From NCBI GenBank assembly GCA_043757545.1, contig JAYVPG010000069.1, positions 78,282 to 142,281 of the forward strand: DNA of 64,000 nucleotides, written 5' to 3'. This DNA comes from Pseudobdellovibrionaceae bacterium (GTDB taxonomy: Bacteria; Bdellovibrionota; Bdellovibrionia; Bdellovibrionales; UBA1609). Both the position numbers and the translations under genes were made by a program. This document shows, in pieces, positions 36,920 to 47,527 of this stretch (positions are counted from its first letter, which is position 1; each line of letters begins with the position of its first letter). Below the pieces are notes generated by a model. It was not told the origin of the DNA. It did no database searches and was given only the letters and a program-made list of their open reading frames with translations.

Positions 36920-38488
36920 ATGGTGTCAGACCAGGAGGGTCAGCTGATGGGATCGGAGATCCAATCTGAACGCGCCAGTCAAAATCAAGAACTGCGCGAT
37001 CTACAAGACGGTTACCGAAAAAAGCGCGAGGCCATCGAGAGCGAAGGCCAAACTGAATTGCAAAACACCCGCAAAGAGAACAATCAGAAATTGAAAAGTG
37101 AAATGGCGTCTGGCGAGGCCGCAGTCAATCATGTGCGCGCAGGCACCAAGGAAACACTGGAAGCCATGCGGGCGGATGCCGATCAACGCGTCACCTATGA
37201 GCGCAATGCTTTACAAAAGCAGTATCACACCGGTAAACGTGCCGGCGCCCAAGAAATCGAAAATCTAAACGAAGAGCTGAGCAACAAAGAGCAAAGTGTA
37301 AAGCACTCGCTAGGCTCAGTGACCAAAAAAGAAGAAGAGTTGCGCCGACGTGAATCGGGCATGACCGCGGATATCGCACATGAACAACAAGAAGCCAGAG
37401 AGCGCATTCAAAAAGCCTCACAAGCGGAAGTCGGTGAAGTCCACAAGCGCGCGCAAAATCAGAAGAACAAAGTGAACGAAGACGCGCACAAAGACCTTGA
37501 TAAAATGAACGAAAAAAATCGCAAGGAATTTGAGCATATTCGCGACACCACTCAAGAGGGCTTCAAAAAACAATCCGAGTGGACCTCTGAGCAACTCAAA
37601 CGCCGCAAAGAGCTCGACGGCGCCAAACTCGAAGGTCAACGTCAAGAGTTCGCAAAAAGCCATGAGCGCCTGCAGTCCAACGCCCAGCAGACTTTAAAAG
37701 AAGAGCAAGATCAAGCGCGCGATAAATTACACGAAGTTCGCGAAGGCAATGACAAGGCGATCCATCATGAGAGCGAACGCGGCACCAAGGGCTTAGAAAC
37801 CACGCGAGGCTACTACGACAAAAATATCGCGAAGCTGGAAAAAAAGGGCGATGAGACCGTCGCTTCAAAAAAACAACTGCAAGAAGAACAAATGGCCACT
37901 CTTGAACGCGATGACAAGAGAGCCCTTGAGCAAGAAAAACACACCTTCGAAAGTGACTTACAGGAGCGCGAAGCTCTGCATCTAAAACAAAAAGAGCAAG
38001 CCCAGGGCTTTTACAAAGAATCGCTAGTCGAACAACGCAAACAATTTGACGACGCTTTTCATAAAAATATGGCGGCCTTCAATGAAACCGTAAAACGCCA
38101 ACGCGAAGAATTGATTCATACACTTGCCCGTGAGAAAAAAGAAGTGATGAACGATCTCGGTAGATTCAGTGGCAAGAGCGGAGATCCATTCTACCGCATC
38201 ACTCAACCTAAATCCGAGTTGAGTGATGACGGAACACACTACGTCGTGCGCACCTCCGTTCCAGAGCATGAAAAAGATAATATTCACGTTTCAGTAAAAG
38301 AAAATAGCATCATTGTTCATGGCGAACGCCGCTTCGAGGACAAAGTGGAAGATCCTGAGAGCAAAACTTCTACCAATAACTATCAAACATTTCGTCAAGA
38401 GATTCCTCTGGAACATCCCGTTCACGAAAAATATGCGACCAAGAGTTATGAAAACGGTGTGCTCACCGTTCGAGTTCCCAAGGCTTAA
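36920..38488 (+). CDS. long charged coiled-coil protein with a C-terminal Hsp20/alpha-crystallin domain
   Basis: About 420 aa of K/E/Q/R-rich sequence. Then YVVRTSVPEHEKDNIHVSVKENSIIVHGER...FRQEIPLEH...YENGVLTVRVPK, the canonical ACD pattern. Confidence 0.75.
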   Translation: MVSDQEGQLMGSEIQSERASQNQELRDLQDGYRKKREAIESEGQTELQNTRKENNQKLKSEMASGEAAVNHVRAGTKETLEAMRADADQRVTYERNALQKQYHTGKRAGAQEIENLNEELSNKEQSVKHSLGSVTKKEEELRRRESGMTADIAHEQQEARERIQKASQAEVGEVHKRAQNQKNKVNEDAHKDLDKMNEKNRKEFEHIRDTTQEGFKKQSEWTSEQLKRRKELDGAKLEGQRQEFAKSHERLQSNAQQTLKEEQDQARDKLHEVREGNDKAIHHESERGTKGLETTRGYYDKNIAKLEKKGDETVASKKQLQEEQMATLERDDKRALEQEKHTFESDLQEREALHLKQKEQAQGFYKESLVEQRKQFDDAFHKNMAAFNETVKRQREELIHTLAREKKEVMNDLGRFSGKSGDPFYRITQPKSELSDDGTHYVVRTSVPEHEKDNIHVSVKENSIIVHGERRFEDKVEDPESKTSTNNYQTFRQEIPLEHPVHEKYATKSYENGVLTVRVPKA

Positions 38489-38497
38489 ATTTTAAAA

Positions 38498-38716
38498 TTA
38501 GCGGCGGATGAGTGAGCGGACTTCGCTGAGCACAAAGCCCAGACGGCCGTTCAGGTCTTCGAGCAAACGGATGTTGGAGTCCAATTGCTTGAGTACGTCT
38601 TTAGTTTCATGACGTAAACCCGGCAACTCGCGGTACGAAACCTCACGTTCCGTTTGCACGATTTCGCGAGCCGAAGTCTCATTCATATTTTTCGACTGCT
38701 GGTTTACGATGTTCAA
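38498..38716 (-). CDS. small hypothetical protein
   Basis: ORF only, 72 aa, helical and charged. Confidence 0.35.
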   Translation of the reverse strand: MNIVNQQSKNMNETSAREIVQTEREVSYRELPGLRHETKDVLKQLDSNIRLLEDLNGRLGFVLSEVRSLIRR

Positions 38717-38843
38717 AGTAGTCTCCTCGACTTTTTCTTCAGTTCTTACTCTTTAATGCTAACGACCAACGTCTGCTTCACATACTTAAATAAACTTAAA
38801 ATCCAAAACTTCTTCGCGCTCTGGTTCCATTCTGAAACTAGAC

Positions 38844-39470
38844 TTAGTATTCACACTTCAAATTCGTCTGATCGACTGAGCCAAGCAGGCGTCGATCTTG
38901 GCCCCTATCTAAACTGAAATTCATTACACTGCCATGAGTTGGATTGTGCTTGAGGCCTAAGACATGTCCGAGCTCATGTACCAACAGGCTATCCAGATCG
39001 ACTTCGCCGCCGTTGACTGCTTGTCCATAAGAGTACGTAAAGTCATGAGCATTCACGCGAATATCGGCTTCAAAGATCTCGTTACCAGTCCAATAGATCG
39101 TCGTTCGAGCCTGTTCAGATTTCTTTGCAGGGTCCCAGCTATTAAACCAGTAAAGCATTGAATACCCATCCTTCTCCGGATCCAAATCTCCACCCACGTC
39201 GCGCGCGATGATGCGAAAGACCTCAACACCGCCGGCTACATTTAAGTTGTACTCAGCAATCGCTCGGTCAATCGCCTTGTAGGCATCGACCGGGACAGAA
39301 TTGTGCAAGTAGAGGCGAATCGGGAGCTTACCCTTCCACGACACGCGTTGCAGATCAGGGTTCTGGACAAAACTGCACGCCTCTTGGGGCGCGGGTGGAC
39401 GACTACAGGCTTGCAGCATAAGCAGGCTGGCCATGAGTGCACTGAATAAAATGGTCGCTCTGAACTTCAC
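38844..39470 (-). CDS. matrixin-like (M10) zinc metalloprotease lipoprotein
   Basis: Lipobox LQAC. HELGHVLGLKHNPTHGSVM is HExxHxxGxxH plus a Met-turn. Confidence 0.8.
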   Translation of the reverse strand: MKFRATILFSALMASLLMLQACSRPPAPQEACSFVQNPDLQRVSWKGKLPIRLYLHNSVPVDAYKAIDRAIAEYNLNVAGGVEVFRIIARDVGGDLDPEKDGYSMLYWFNSWDPAKKSEQARTTIYWTGNEIFEADIRVNAHDFTYSYGQAVNGGEVDLDSLLVHELGHVLGLKHNPTHGSVMNFSLDRGQDRRLLGSVDQTNLKCEY

Positions 39471-40094
39471 TTTGTCTCCCGCTCACGTCTTCATAACGCA
39501 AGAGGAGGGCCCACAATCTAATATGTAAATACATGTTATTACTCACGATTATATGGGCGCAAATTCGGCTCTGAAAACCAGCTGTGGATCAGATGGACAG
39601 CGACGCCGTGAATTTTCCCAAATATCATTTTAACTATATGAAATGACTAGATATTTTAAATCGTCTAATCTTGAGACAGGCTCCCACTCGAAAACGACCG
39701 GGCTTTGTCCAAGGCTCACATATAATCAATTGTTATATCGTCGTACGTTCAGTTCGTTTTCAGAAGCTATGAGAAGGTTTGACATAAAAAATATTTATCA
39801 AATTGGGCAAAATGGCCCCACTCTATGCACCATGACAGCATGAGGCGAAAACACGCCGTGCAAATGGCCCACTCGCCGCCAGACAAAGTGACTCCACCGA
39901 CGTTGGTACTGCTTTTGCGTATAGGGATATAACACGCCGGCTCTACCACACCTCGTGGGTCCCAAGAGCTAAACTTCCCACCACCCATCCTACCACCGCA
40001 AGGGAGGGAGCAAAAAGCTCCCCGCCCCCTTTTGCCATTGCCTCGCCCCGCACGCTTGATAGACTCCGACCGATTTTTCAATAGGAGTCCACTT

Positions 40095-43046
40095 ATGAAG
40101 CCAAATGATTTGGAGCTGTCCGTCCGTGCCTTGGGCGAGCGTATATTCAAGTCGTTAGATGAAGATTCAACTTCGATCTTTAATAAAGATTGGTGGTATG
40201 GACGCATCATGGATTGGTCGATGCGTAACGAGCAGTTCAAAGTTCAAATGTTTCGCTTTGTCGACGTGCTTCCCAATTTGCAATCGAGTTCAGAAGTTTC
40301 AAAGCATCTGAAAGAATACTTTACCGAGAGCGGCGAGGATTTGCCGTCGGTCTTTAACTTTGGTTTGGGCTTGGGTTCGCTCGCGCCGGGGATCATGGCG
40401 GGCGCGGTGAAGAAGAATGTTACTCAGATGGCGAAGATGTTTATTACCGGCGAGAGCCCGCAAGACGCGCTACCCGCACTGAAGAAGGCACGTAAAAATA
40501 AAATCACCTTCACCGCCGACCTGCTGGGTGAAGCGACGCTTTCTGAAAAAGAGGCGCGCGATTATTTAAATCGTTATCTGGAGTTGATCGGCTGGCTTGC
40601 CCAAGACGCGAAAACTTGGGAGTCGATTGCGCAAATCGATGAAGATGAAAACGGACCTATCCCGAAAGTAAATGTTTCGGTGAAAGTGACTGCACTCTAC
40701 TCACAGATCGACGAAGCCGCCTGGGATCAATCACTGAGCGTGGTCAAGGAGCGGCTGCGTGAGGTTTTTCGTAAAGCGATCGCGAGTGGCGTGTTTATTA
40801 ACTTGGACATGGAACAGTACGCGCATAAGGATTTCTTACTACGCGTTTTTGAAGACTTAGTTTTAGAAGAAGAGTTTCGTGCCTATCCGTATTTTGGAAT
40901 CGTGATTCAAGCCTACCTGCGCGATGCCGCAACTGACGTTGATAAGTTAGTGGCCTTGGCCAAGCGCCGGGCCGTTCCGTTTACGGTGCGTCTGGTGAAG
41001 GGGGCCTACTGGGACTTCGAGGTCGTCTATGCTCGACAAAAAGGTTGGAATATTCCGGTCTTCTTGAACAAACGCGAATCCGACGCGAACTTTGAGGTTT
41101 GCGCTAGAAAAATGATCGACGCCTATCCGTCGCTTCGTTTGGCGATTGGTTCGCACAATGTGCGCTCAATTTCGGCGAGCCTTGCCTATGCGACCGCGAA
41201 AGGTCTTGATCCTCGCGCGGTAGAAGTGCAGATGCTTTTTGGCATGGCCGATCCAATTAAAAAAGTTTTGGTTCGCGATGGATATCGAGTTCGCGAATAT
41301 GCAACGATCGGCGAATTGATTCCAGGCATGGCCTATTTGGTGCGACGTTTGCTTGAGAACACCTCAAACGAGTCCTTTCTGCGCTCGAAATTTGCCGACA
41401 ATGTCTCCGCCGACGTTTTACTGATGAATCCGCAAGAAGAGTTGATTGCCAGCAATGGCGCCCCGACTTTAAATGGGGACGAGTTTCAAAATGAACCTCC
41501 GCTTGATTTTGCCGTACGCACCGAGCGTGAGGGAATGCTTAAGGCATTGAGTGATTGGAAAAATAAACTTGGCAAGACTTATCCGATTGTCATCAACGGC
41601 CAAGAAATCAAAACCGCGCGTACGATCACAAGAGTGAATCCCTCGCAAACTTCGCAAGTCATTGGACACGTCTGCGCGGCCACCGACAAAGAAGCTGAGC
41701 TCGCCGTGCAAACTGCAAAGCAAGCCTTCCCCGCCTGGAGTCGAACGGAGCCCACGGAGCGTGCGCGCCTGCTCTTGGCTCTCGCCGATAAAATGCAAGC
41801 TGAGAAATTACGCTTAGCGAGTCTACAATGCCTAGAGGTCGGCAAAGGTTGGCATGAGGCCGATGGCGATGTGGCCGAAGCCATCGACTTCTGTCGCTAT
41901 TACGCACACGAGATGATCAAACTCTCGCGCCCACGCCGCATGGGCCGTGCGCCCGGTGAAGTGAGCATGTACCACTATCAAGCGCGCGGCGTGGCCGTGG
42001 TTATTGCACCGTGGAATTTTCCTCTCGCGATATTGACTGGAATGGTAACGGCTTCGCTGGTGACTGGAAATACTGTGATCATGAAGCCTGCCGAACAAAG
42101 CTCGGTGATCGCTTCAGAATTGATGCGGATGATTCGCGAAGTGGGATTTCCGAAAGGTGCGGTGAGTTTTCTTCCCGGCTACGGCGAAGAAGTCGGCGAA
42201 TACCTGGTCAATCACAAAGACGTCGCGATGATCTCGTTCACTGGATCAAAATCGGTGGGCTTAAGTATTTTGCAAAAAGCATCGGTTGTTCAACCTGGAC
42301 AGCAGCATATCAAGCGCTGCTTGGCTGAGCTCGGCGGCAAGAATGCGATCATTGTTGATTCGGATGCCGATCTTGATGAAGCCGTGATGGGTGTGATGTA
42401 CTCGGCGTTTGGATTTCAGGGGCAGAAGTGCTCGGCCTGTAGTCGCGCCATTGTCATCGAGTCGGTTTATGAACGCTTCCTTGAGCGCCTTGTCGAAGCC
42501 ACTAAGAGTTTGCATATTGGGCACGCGGAAGATCCCCGCGCCTTTGTTGGTCCAGTGGTAGATGAAGAAGCACACGCGCGAATTTTGCGTACCATTGAAT
42601 CTGCTAAAGGCAGCGCACGTTTGGCGTATCAAGGGCAAGGCCCCACAGATGGATATTTTATTCCCCCAGCGATTTTTGCCGACGTTGACCCGCAGAGTGA
42701 TCTGGCCCAGAAAGAAATTTTTGGCCCCGTCCTGGCGGTTATCAAAGCCAAAGATATGGCGCATGCTTTGGGAATTGCGAATTCGACAGAGTATGCCTTG
42801 ACCGGCGGTTTGTACTCACGCAGTCCCGCCACCATCGAATGGGTGAAACGCGACTTTGAAGTCGGCAATCTCTACGTCAATCGCGGCAATACGGGTGCGA
42901 TTGTAGAACGTCATCCATTTGGTGGATTCAAGATGTCGGGAGTGGGTTCCAAAGCGGGAGGCCCTGATTACCTGTTGCAGTTTATGGAACCCCGAGTAAT
43001 TACCGAAAATACTATGCGCCGAGGGTTTGTTCCCAACGAGACCTAG
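40095..43046 (+). CDS. putA: bifunctional proline dehydrogenase / 1-pyrroline-5-carboxylate dehydrogenase
   Basis: PRODH barrel region (GAYWD, YLVRRLLENTSN). ALDH domain with FTGS, ELGGKNA and catalytic GQKCSA. No RHH DNA-binding domain. AGGAG RBS before the ATG at 40095. Confidence 0.92.
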   Translation: MKPNDLELSVRALGERIFKSLDEDSTSIFNKDWWYGRIMDWSMRNEQFKVQMFRFVDVLPNLQSSSEVSKHLKEYFTESGEDLPSVFNFGLGLGSLAPGIMAGAVKKNVTQMAKMFITGESPQDALPALKKARKNKITFTADLLGEATLSEKEARDYLNRYLELIGWLAQDAKTWESIAQIDEDENGPIPKVNVSVKVTALYSQIDEAAWDQSLSVVKERLREVFRKAIASGVFINLDMEQYAHKDFLLRVFEDLVLEEEFRAYPYFGIVIQAYLRDAATDVDKLVALAKRRAVPFTVRLVKGAYWDFEVVYARQKGWNIPVFLNKRESDANFEVCARKMIDAYPSLRLAIGSHNVRSISASLAYATAKGLDPRAVEVQMLFGMADPIKKVLVRDGYRVREYATIGELIPGMAYLVRRLLENTSNESFLRSKFADNVSADVLLMNPQEELIASNGAPTLNGDEFQNEPPLDFAVRTEREGMLKALSDWKNKLGKTYPIVINGQEIKTARTITRVNPSQTSQVIGHVCAATDKEAELAVQTAKQAFPAWSRTEPTERARLLLALADKMQAEKLRLASLQCLEVGKGWHEADGDVAEAIDFCRYYAHEMIKLSRPRRMGRAPGEVSMYHYQARGVAVVIAPWNFPLAILTGMVTASLVTGNTVIMKPAEQSSVIASELMRMIREVGFPKGAVSFLPGYGEEVGEYLVNHKDVAMISFTGSKSVGLSILQKASVVQPGQQHIKRCLAELGGKNAIIVDSDADLDEAVMGVMYSAFGFQGQKCSACSRAIVIESVYERFLERLVEATKSLHIGHAEDPRAFVGPVVDEEAHARILRTIESAKGSARLAYQGQGPTDGYFIPPAIFADVDPQSDLAQKEIFGPVLAVIKAKDMAHALGIANSTEYALTGGLYSRSPATIEWVKRDFEVGNLYVNRGNTGAIVERHPFGGFKMSGVGSKAGGPDYLLQFMEPRVITENTMRRGFVPNET

Positions 43047-43136
43047 GTGCTCGACGAGAATTGCCACATGGTGAAACATTTACATGTCCTAAGTGGGCGA
43101 GAACGCCTGTAAAAACCGGGAGGATGGGCATAGCCA

Positions 43137-44618
43137 TTGCTCCTGAGAATGGCACATTGTCGGGCATTTATGGGGGCTTCTTTGACTAAATACTTAAATC
43201 AGCTTTTACTTGGCTTGCTTATCATTCATTCGGCGTCGACTTTTGCTATCGGAAAGTCGGCGCGAATGGTTCGCACCAATTGCGAAGACGCGCTCATTGC
43301 TCCTGCCTATTTCCCTCGCCCATTTTCGCTAAAGACGGCCAACTGGGATGACAATATGTCCTTGATTGGCGCACAACTCACCTCCAACTCTTGGGGGTCA
43401 GTGCGTTCCTATTTTTCTCAAGCTTGGGACACTCAGGTTTACTATACGGCCACCGGTACGCCCTATCGCGACGATATGTCGGTCCCTCTGGTCGATCCGA
43501 TATGCGAGAAAGTCGTTTTGTATATTCATGGGTCGGGTACGACAAAAACTAGCGGACGAAATTTTGTTGGCAACATGACGGATCTATCACGTTCTGGATA
43601 TTGTGCGGTCAGCGTTGACCTGCCCTTTCACATGAGCGGATCTTTGAACGACAAAATGAATAGCAATATCCATTTTATGAAATGGCTGAAGACGATTGTC
43701 GATGAGCTCGCCAAGGCGGGCAAGCCGATTTTCATGACCGGACATTCGTTTGGTCCCGATGTGATATTCGAATTTATGTCGCGCTATCCATTTGCGTTGA
43801 GTGGCGCACTCGCGATTTCGCCCGGAGGAATCGATTCTGTAACCGATGCTTGGTATGTATCACATACCAGTAAGATGCGCTTTGGCGGAAATGTTGCAAC
43901 CAACGTTCTCGGCAGTGAGTGGGCGGGGCGAATTTCTGCGCAAGAGGCTTGGAAACGATATGCACTTCCCGATCCTACTGTTGTAAACCCTGATCTAAAT
44001 TTAGTGATTATGTACGGCGATCGTGAAGAGTATATACCGGCACCAGTCGGCGGTCCCAACCGGACGCCGATTGGCAAAAACACCTACGACATTGCGCCGG
44101 TTCTACACAGCCATTTTAAAAACGCGACAATTGTCGTTGAACCCGGAATCGGTCACTACATTTTTGATCACGAAGACAGCCTTGGCCAAAATGCCGTTCA
44201 ACGTGAAACCTTTAAAATGCTGGGCATCAGTCTGATTGAGGCGAAAAATAGAATCATTCTATTTGGGCGGCAACGAGAGGAGCGTCCAGCTTATGAACGT
44301 CTCGCATCCCGTTACGCAACCGACTTAATGTTTCGCGCTTGGGCATTGAAACATCATAGCGAACGCATGATCCACGAAATCTTTCGCAATCAAGATGCAC
44401 GCCGCGCGCAAACGATGCTTGCGGAATTTACTCTCGCCGACGAGGCCCGTGACAAAGAGTTGATGCAGATGCTGAACAACACGCAAACGACCGACCCCGA
44501 ATTTTATCAAGCCAATAAGTCTCGAATTGACTTCGCGACAGAGAAGGGTCGACTAGACGCCGGACTGTTCGGGCTCTATTACAAATATAAAAATGGACCG
44601 CCCATCGGCTTAAACTAG
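43137..44618 (+). CDS. secreted alpha/beta-hydrolase-fold protein
   Basis: Nucleophile elbow GHSFGPD preceded by an HGSG oxyanion-like motif. Signal-like N-terminus. The exact start is uncertain. Confidence 0.6.
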   Translation: MLLRMAHCRAFMGASLTKYLNQLLLGLLIIHSASTFAIGKSARMVRTNCEDALIAPAYFPRPFSLKTANWDDNMSLIGAQLTSNSWGSVRSYFSQAWDTQVYYTATGTPYRDDMSVPLVDPICEKVVLYIHGSGTTKTSGRNFVGNMTDLSRSGYCAVSVDLPFHMSGSLNDKMNSNIHFMKWLKTIVDELAKAGKPIFMTGHSFGPDVIFEFMSRYPFALSGALAISPGGIDSVTDAWYVSHTSKMRFGGNVATNVLGSEWAGRISAQEAWKRYALPDPTVVNPDLNLVIMYGDREEYIPAPVGGPNRTPIGKNTYDIAPVLHSHFKNATIVVEPGIGHYIFDHEDSLGQNAVQRETFKMLGISLIEAKNRIILFGRQREERPAYERLASRYATDLMFRAWALKHHSERMIHEIFRNQDARRAQTMLAEFTLADEARDKELMQMLNNTQTTDPEFYQANKSRIDFATEKGRLDAGLFGLYYKYKNGPPIGLN

Positions 44619-45640
44619 GCGGATTTGCGCTGCTTCGGTGGCAGGAATGGAATCAGCACACCCATCGGAATACCCACGCGGGGCGGATTGTGCAGATGAG
44701 CAACCGGCCAAAAGCGACGCAATGAAACCAGAATCAATCCGGTCAGAAGGCCCGCGACTTCACCACCGAGATGGGCAGTGTGGGCGACGCCTCCCAATTC
44801 GGGGAGCGTGCTCACGTAACCAGCCATGTCGTTGATCGCCCAGAGTACAAGGGCTACCCAGGCGGGTAAAAACACAAAACCCATATATCCGCGCAGTGGC
44901 AAAAAGAGCCAATAGAAGTAGCGCTCGGGTCGCTTCCAATTCAATACACAATAGAGTGTCATCACTCCACTAATGGCGCCGCTGGCGCCGACGAGTGGAG
45001 AGCTGGTCACTCCAGTCATCAGCGCAAAAACTCCAGCGGCCATAGTTCCCGAAAGCAAAAAGACCACGAGAAAGCCGAGGCCTCCGATTTGTCGTTCAAG
45101 TGCCGCACCAAAGATCAGCATGAAAAGCATATTGCCGATAAAGTGAACCCAACCGCTGTGCACGAAAATGTAAGAGACCCATTTGCTAAAGGTTTGATCC
45201 TCGGCATTGAGTCCGAAAAGAAAGCTCGGATGATCCTCTTGCATATGACGAACTTCAGCGATGCGTTTATGCCAGAGCTTAAGTGAAACTTTGTCGCCAG
45301 AAAAATCCACGGATTCTGCGTCTTTTAAGAAATTGAAATCCCGAAACGCCAACTGTCCGAGCATTTCGGCCCGATCGGATTTGCCGTCCTGCACTTGACG
45401 ACCAAGCTCCGTTAAAAATTCTGGGTACTCACCCCGCGTATGTTCGGCAAGATATTGCGCATAGATGCGACCTTGTGAAGACACAAAGTAAGTGCTCTTC
45501 ATCAAGTCGTCGAGACCTTGTTGGGATTCAAGACCCGAGTTGGTGGTGTAGACAAGAACAAAGAAATTTAGGAAGAACACGGCCCAGGTGACCGGCGCTT
45601 TTTTCCAGCCGATCAAACCATTGAGTAAGGGGAAGATCAC
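44615..45640 (-). CDS. rhomboid-family intramembrane serine protease
   Basis: HSGWVHFIGNMLFM, GASGAISGV and AHLGGE motifs in TM helices. Confidence 0.88.
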   Translation of the reverse strand: MIFPLLNGLIGWKKAPVTWAVFFLNFFVLVYTTNSGLESQQGLDDLMKSTYFVSSQGRIYAQYLAEHTRGEYPEFLTELGRQVQDGKSDRAEMLGQLAFRDFNFLKDAESVDFSGDKVSLKLWHKRIAEVRHMQEDHPSFLFGLNAEDQTFSKWVSYIFVHSGWVHFIGNMLFMLIFGAALERQIGGLGFLVVFLLSGTMAAGVFALMTGVTSSPLVGASGAISGVMTLYCVLNWKRPERYFYWLFLPLRGYMGFVFLPAWVALVLWAINDMAGYVSTLPELGGVAHTAHLGGEVAGLLTGLILVSLRRFWPVAHLHNPPRVGIPMGVLIPFLPPKQRKSA

Positions 45641-47484
45641 TTCTCCTCCTTAGAGGCCGGACTGCGCAGTTTCGGAGAACCTTCCTGCTGCATCAGCTGA
45701 GCCAGGATCGCCTGCCCTTGTTGCGAAAGTGCGTCGGCTCCGATCAACTGCTCGGCAATTCGCATCGCCCACTTTTCGTCATTTTTTTCTACCATGCGGG
45801 CAAAAAGAATATTGCCAGATTTAACCCATGCCTCTTTGGACTCCATCGTTTGCCAATCATCAAAGAGCGCGGCCGTCTGCCGATGATCGGCAAATTCAGA
45901 TACACGGCGAAGCGCTTCGATACGCAATATATCTGGCGCCGTCGCTGATGAGATCACCTCTTCAAAAAGTTTGAAGGCCGCAGATAGGTCATCTTTTTGT
46001 CGTTTTAAATTCGCACGAAAGAAATCCCGCCAATCCACATTTTGCACGGCTTCGCTGAAGGTTAAGTAATCAAAAGTATTCTTGCTATGACACTCTAGTG
46101 CCATGACTCGCGAGAGCGCCTGCGATGGACGTTCAAAATCGACTTCGCCGATCGTATGTTCATCAACCGAGCGGACCTCACGGCACGCGAGCTTTTCAAG
46201 CGCCGCGCAACCTGATTGCAATTGCTGAGCACAAATCCAAGAACTAATATCCTCGCCGTCTTCTTTTGGCAGAACGGGCAAGGCTTGTGCTAACGCCACA
46301 TTTGCTTCGGAATCCATATTGGCGTTATAAAGCGCACGCACCCGCTGCACCAGATTGAACTCGGCGAGCTCCGGCCGATCGGTGAGCGAATCTAAAAACG
46401 TGAGTGCCTGTTTGTACTGCGCCTGCTTCATAAAATGGCGCACGCCCCAAACTTCAAGATAGCCACTGCCCGGCTTTGCGGAATGCAATGCCTGCTCGAC
46501 TCCGCCCCAATCTTCTTCGGACCATCGACTGACCACTTTGCTCATGGCGCACTCATTGGTCTCTGGACCGTCTTCACATACCTGATCTAAGTAAGAGTTT
46601 GAAATCTCGGCATCGTCGGCGTTGACAAAAGCCTGCGCGAGAAAGGTGACCGGCGCCGAAGGAATCTGTTCGGTGATCTCATGTTCAATTTCGGCTTCAA
46701 GACATCCACGCTCAGCCAAGCCCGCAGCATAGAGAGACATCGCCATTTCGACACGCGCGTGATCATCTTTATTGGTTTGATCGATATTTTTTGTCACGAC
46801 TTCGCAAAGACCCGATTCTCTTTCAAGAACCGCGGCGATGCCCCTTTCAGAACTAATTTTTTCTAAAATGACACGAAATTCGCTCACTCCAACTAACATC
46901 AGCACAAGAGCACATGCTACGAAAAATCCGCGCACCAAACCGCGCTCCCACTGTGCGGGTGCTTCGGCTCCGGCATCGACGCTGGAAACCACGACTGTGT
47001 CACAAACTCGATCATGAATAGTGCGACGTTTCGCGTTTGAAAAAACCGATAGCATAGGAAGACCCAGACAACAGATCTCAGCAGTCCACAAAAGGCCACG
47101 CAAGAAACTGCTCGGCAGCGAAATCCGATCACCCTTGAACATCGGGCGCACGCGTAAATTGAAAATCATTTTTCCAACCGTCGCAGCAAAATAGTAATGC
47201 ATCAAAGCTTGATAAGTCGTGAGCAGAACGATGCCCAAAATCAACATCCATGCGACCACACTCACCAACTCGGATTCAGCGCCAAGAATAAAACTCGCAG
47301 TCAACCCCCGCTTCAACGGAGAGCTCAACAAAATGTAAAGTGGGATCAGCAATATAAACACATCGACAATGGCCGCCGCTAAGCGATCCACAGGGCGCGC
47401 CAACGATTCGGAGTGCATCATCTCAGGCGCGGGCTCGAACTCGATTTTAGGAGGGCGCGGAGCCATCCAATCAGGGATCACCAT
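45637..47484 (-). CDS. RDD-domain membrane protein with a large C-terminal helical (TPR-like) domain
   Basis: RLAAAIVDVFILL...RRTIHDRVCDTVVV matches the RDD pattern. About 400 aa of helical repeats follow. The stop overlaps the rhomboid start (ATGA). Confidence 0.65.
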   Translation of the reverse strand: MVIPDWMAPRPPKIEFEPAPEMMHSESLARPVDRLAAAIVDVFILLIPLYILLSSPLKRGLTASFILGAESELVSVVAWMLILGIVLLTTYQALMHYYFAATVGKMIFNLRVRPMFKGDRISLPSSFLRGLLWTAEICCLGLPMLSVFSNAKRRTIHDRVCDTVVVSSVDAGAEAPAQWERGLVRGFFVACALVLMLVGVSEFRVILEKISSERGIAAVLERESGLCEVVTKNIDQTNKDDHARVEMAMSLYAAGLAERGCLEAEIEHEITEQIPSAPVTFLAQAFVNADDAEISNSYLDQVCEDGPETNECAMSKVVSRWSEEDWGGVEQALHSAKPGSGYLEVWGVRHFMKQAQYKQALTFLDSLTDRPELAEFNLVQRVRALYNANMDSEANVALAQALPVLPKEDGEDISSWICAQQLQSGCAALEKLACREVRSVDEHTIGEVDFERPSQALSRVMALECHSKNTFDYLTFSEAVQNVDWRDFFRANLKRQKDDLSAAFKLFEEVISSATAPDILRIEALRRVSEFADHRQTAALFDDWQTMESKEAWVKSGNILFARMVEKNDEKWAMRIAEQLIGADALSQQGQAILAQLMQQEGSPKLRSPASKEEK

Positions 47485-47527
47485 AATTGGACTTATCGGC
47501 GCGAAGTGCCCTCGCTATGAGTCGAAT

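Noticed and set aside
39767-40240. 157-aa minus-strand ORF upstream of and overlapping the putA start
   Set aside because: It overlaps the well-supported putA start and RBS. Its product is low-complexity and G/R/S-rich, with no RBS. It is likely spurious.
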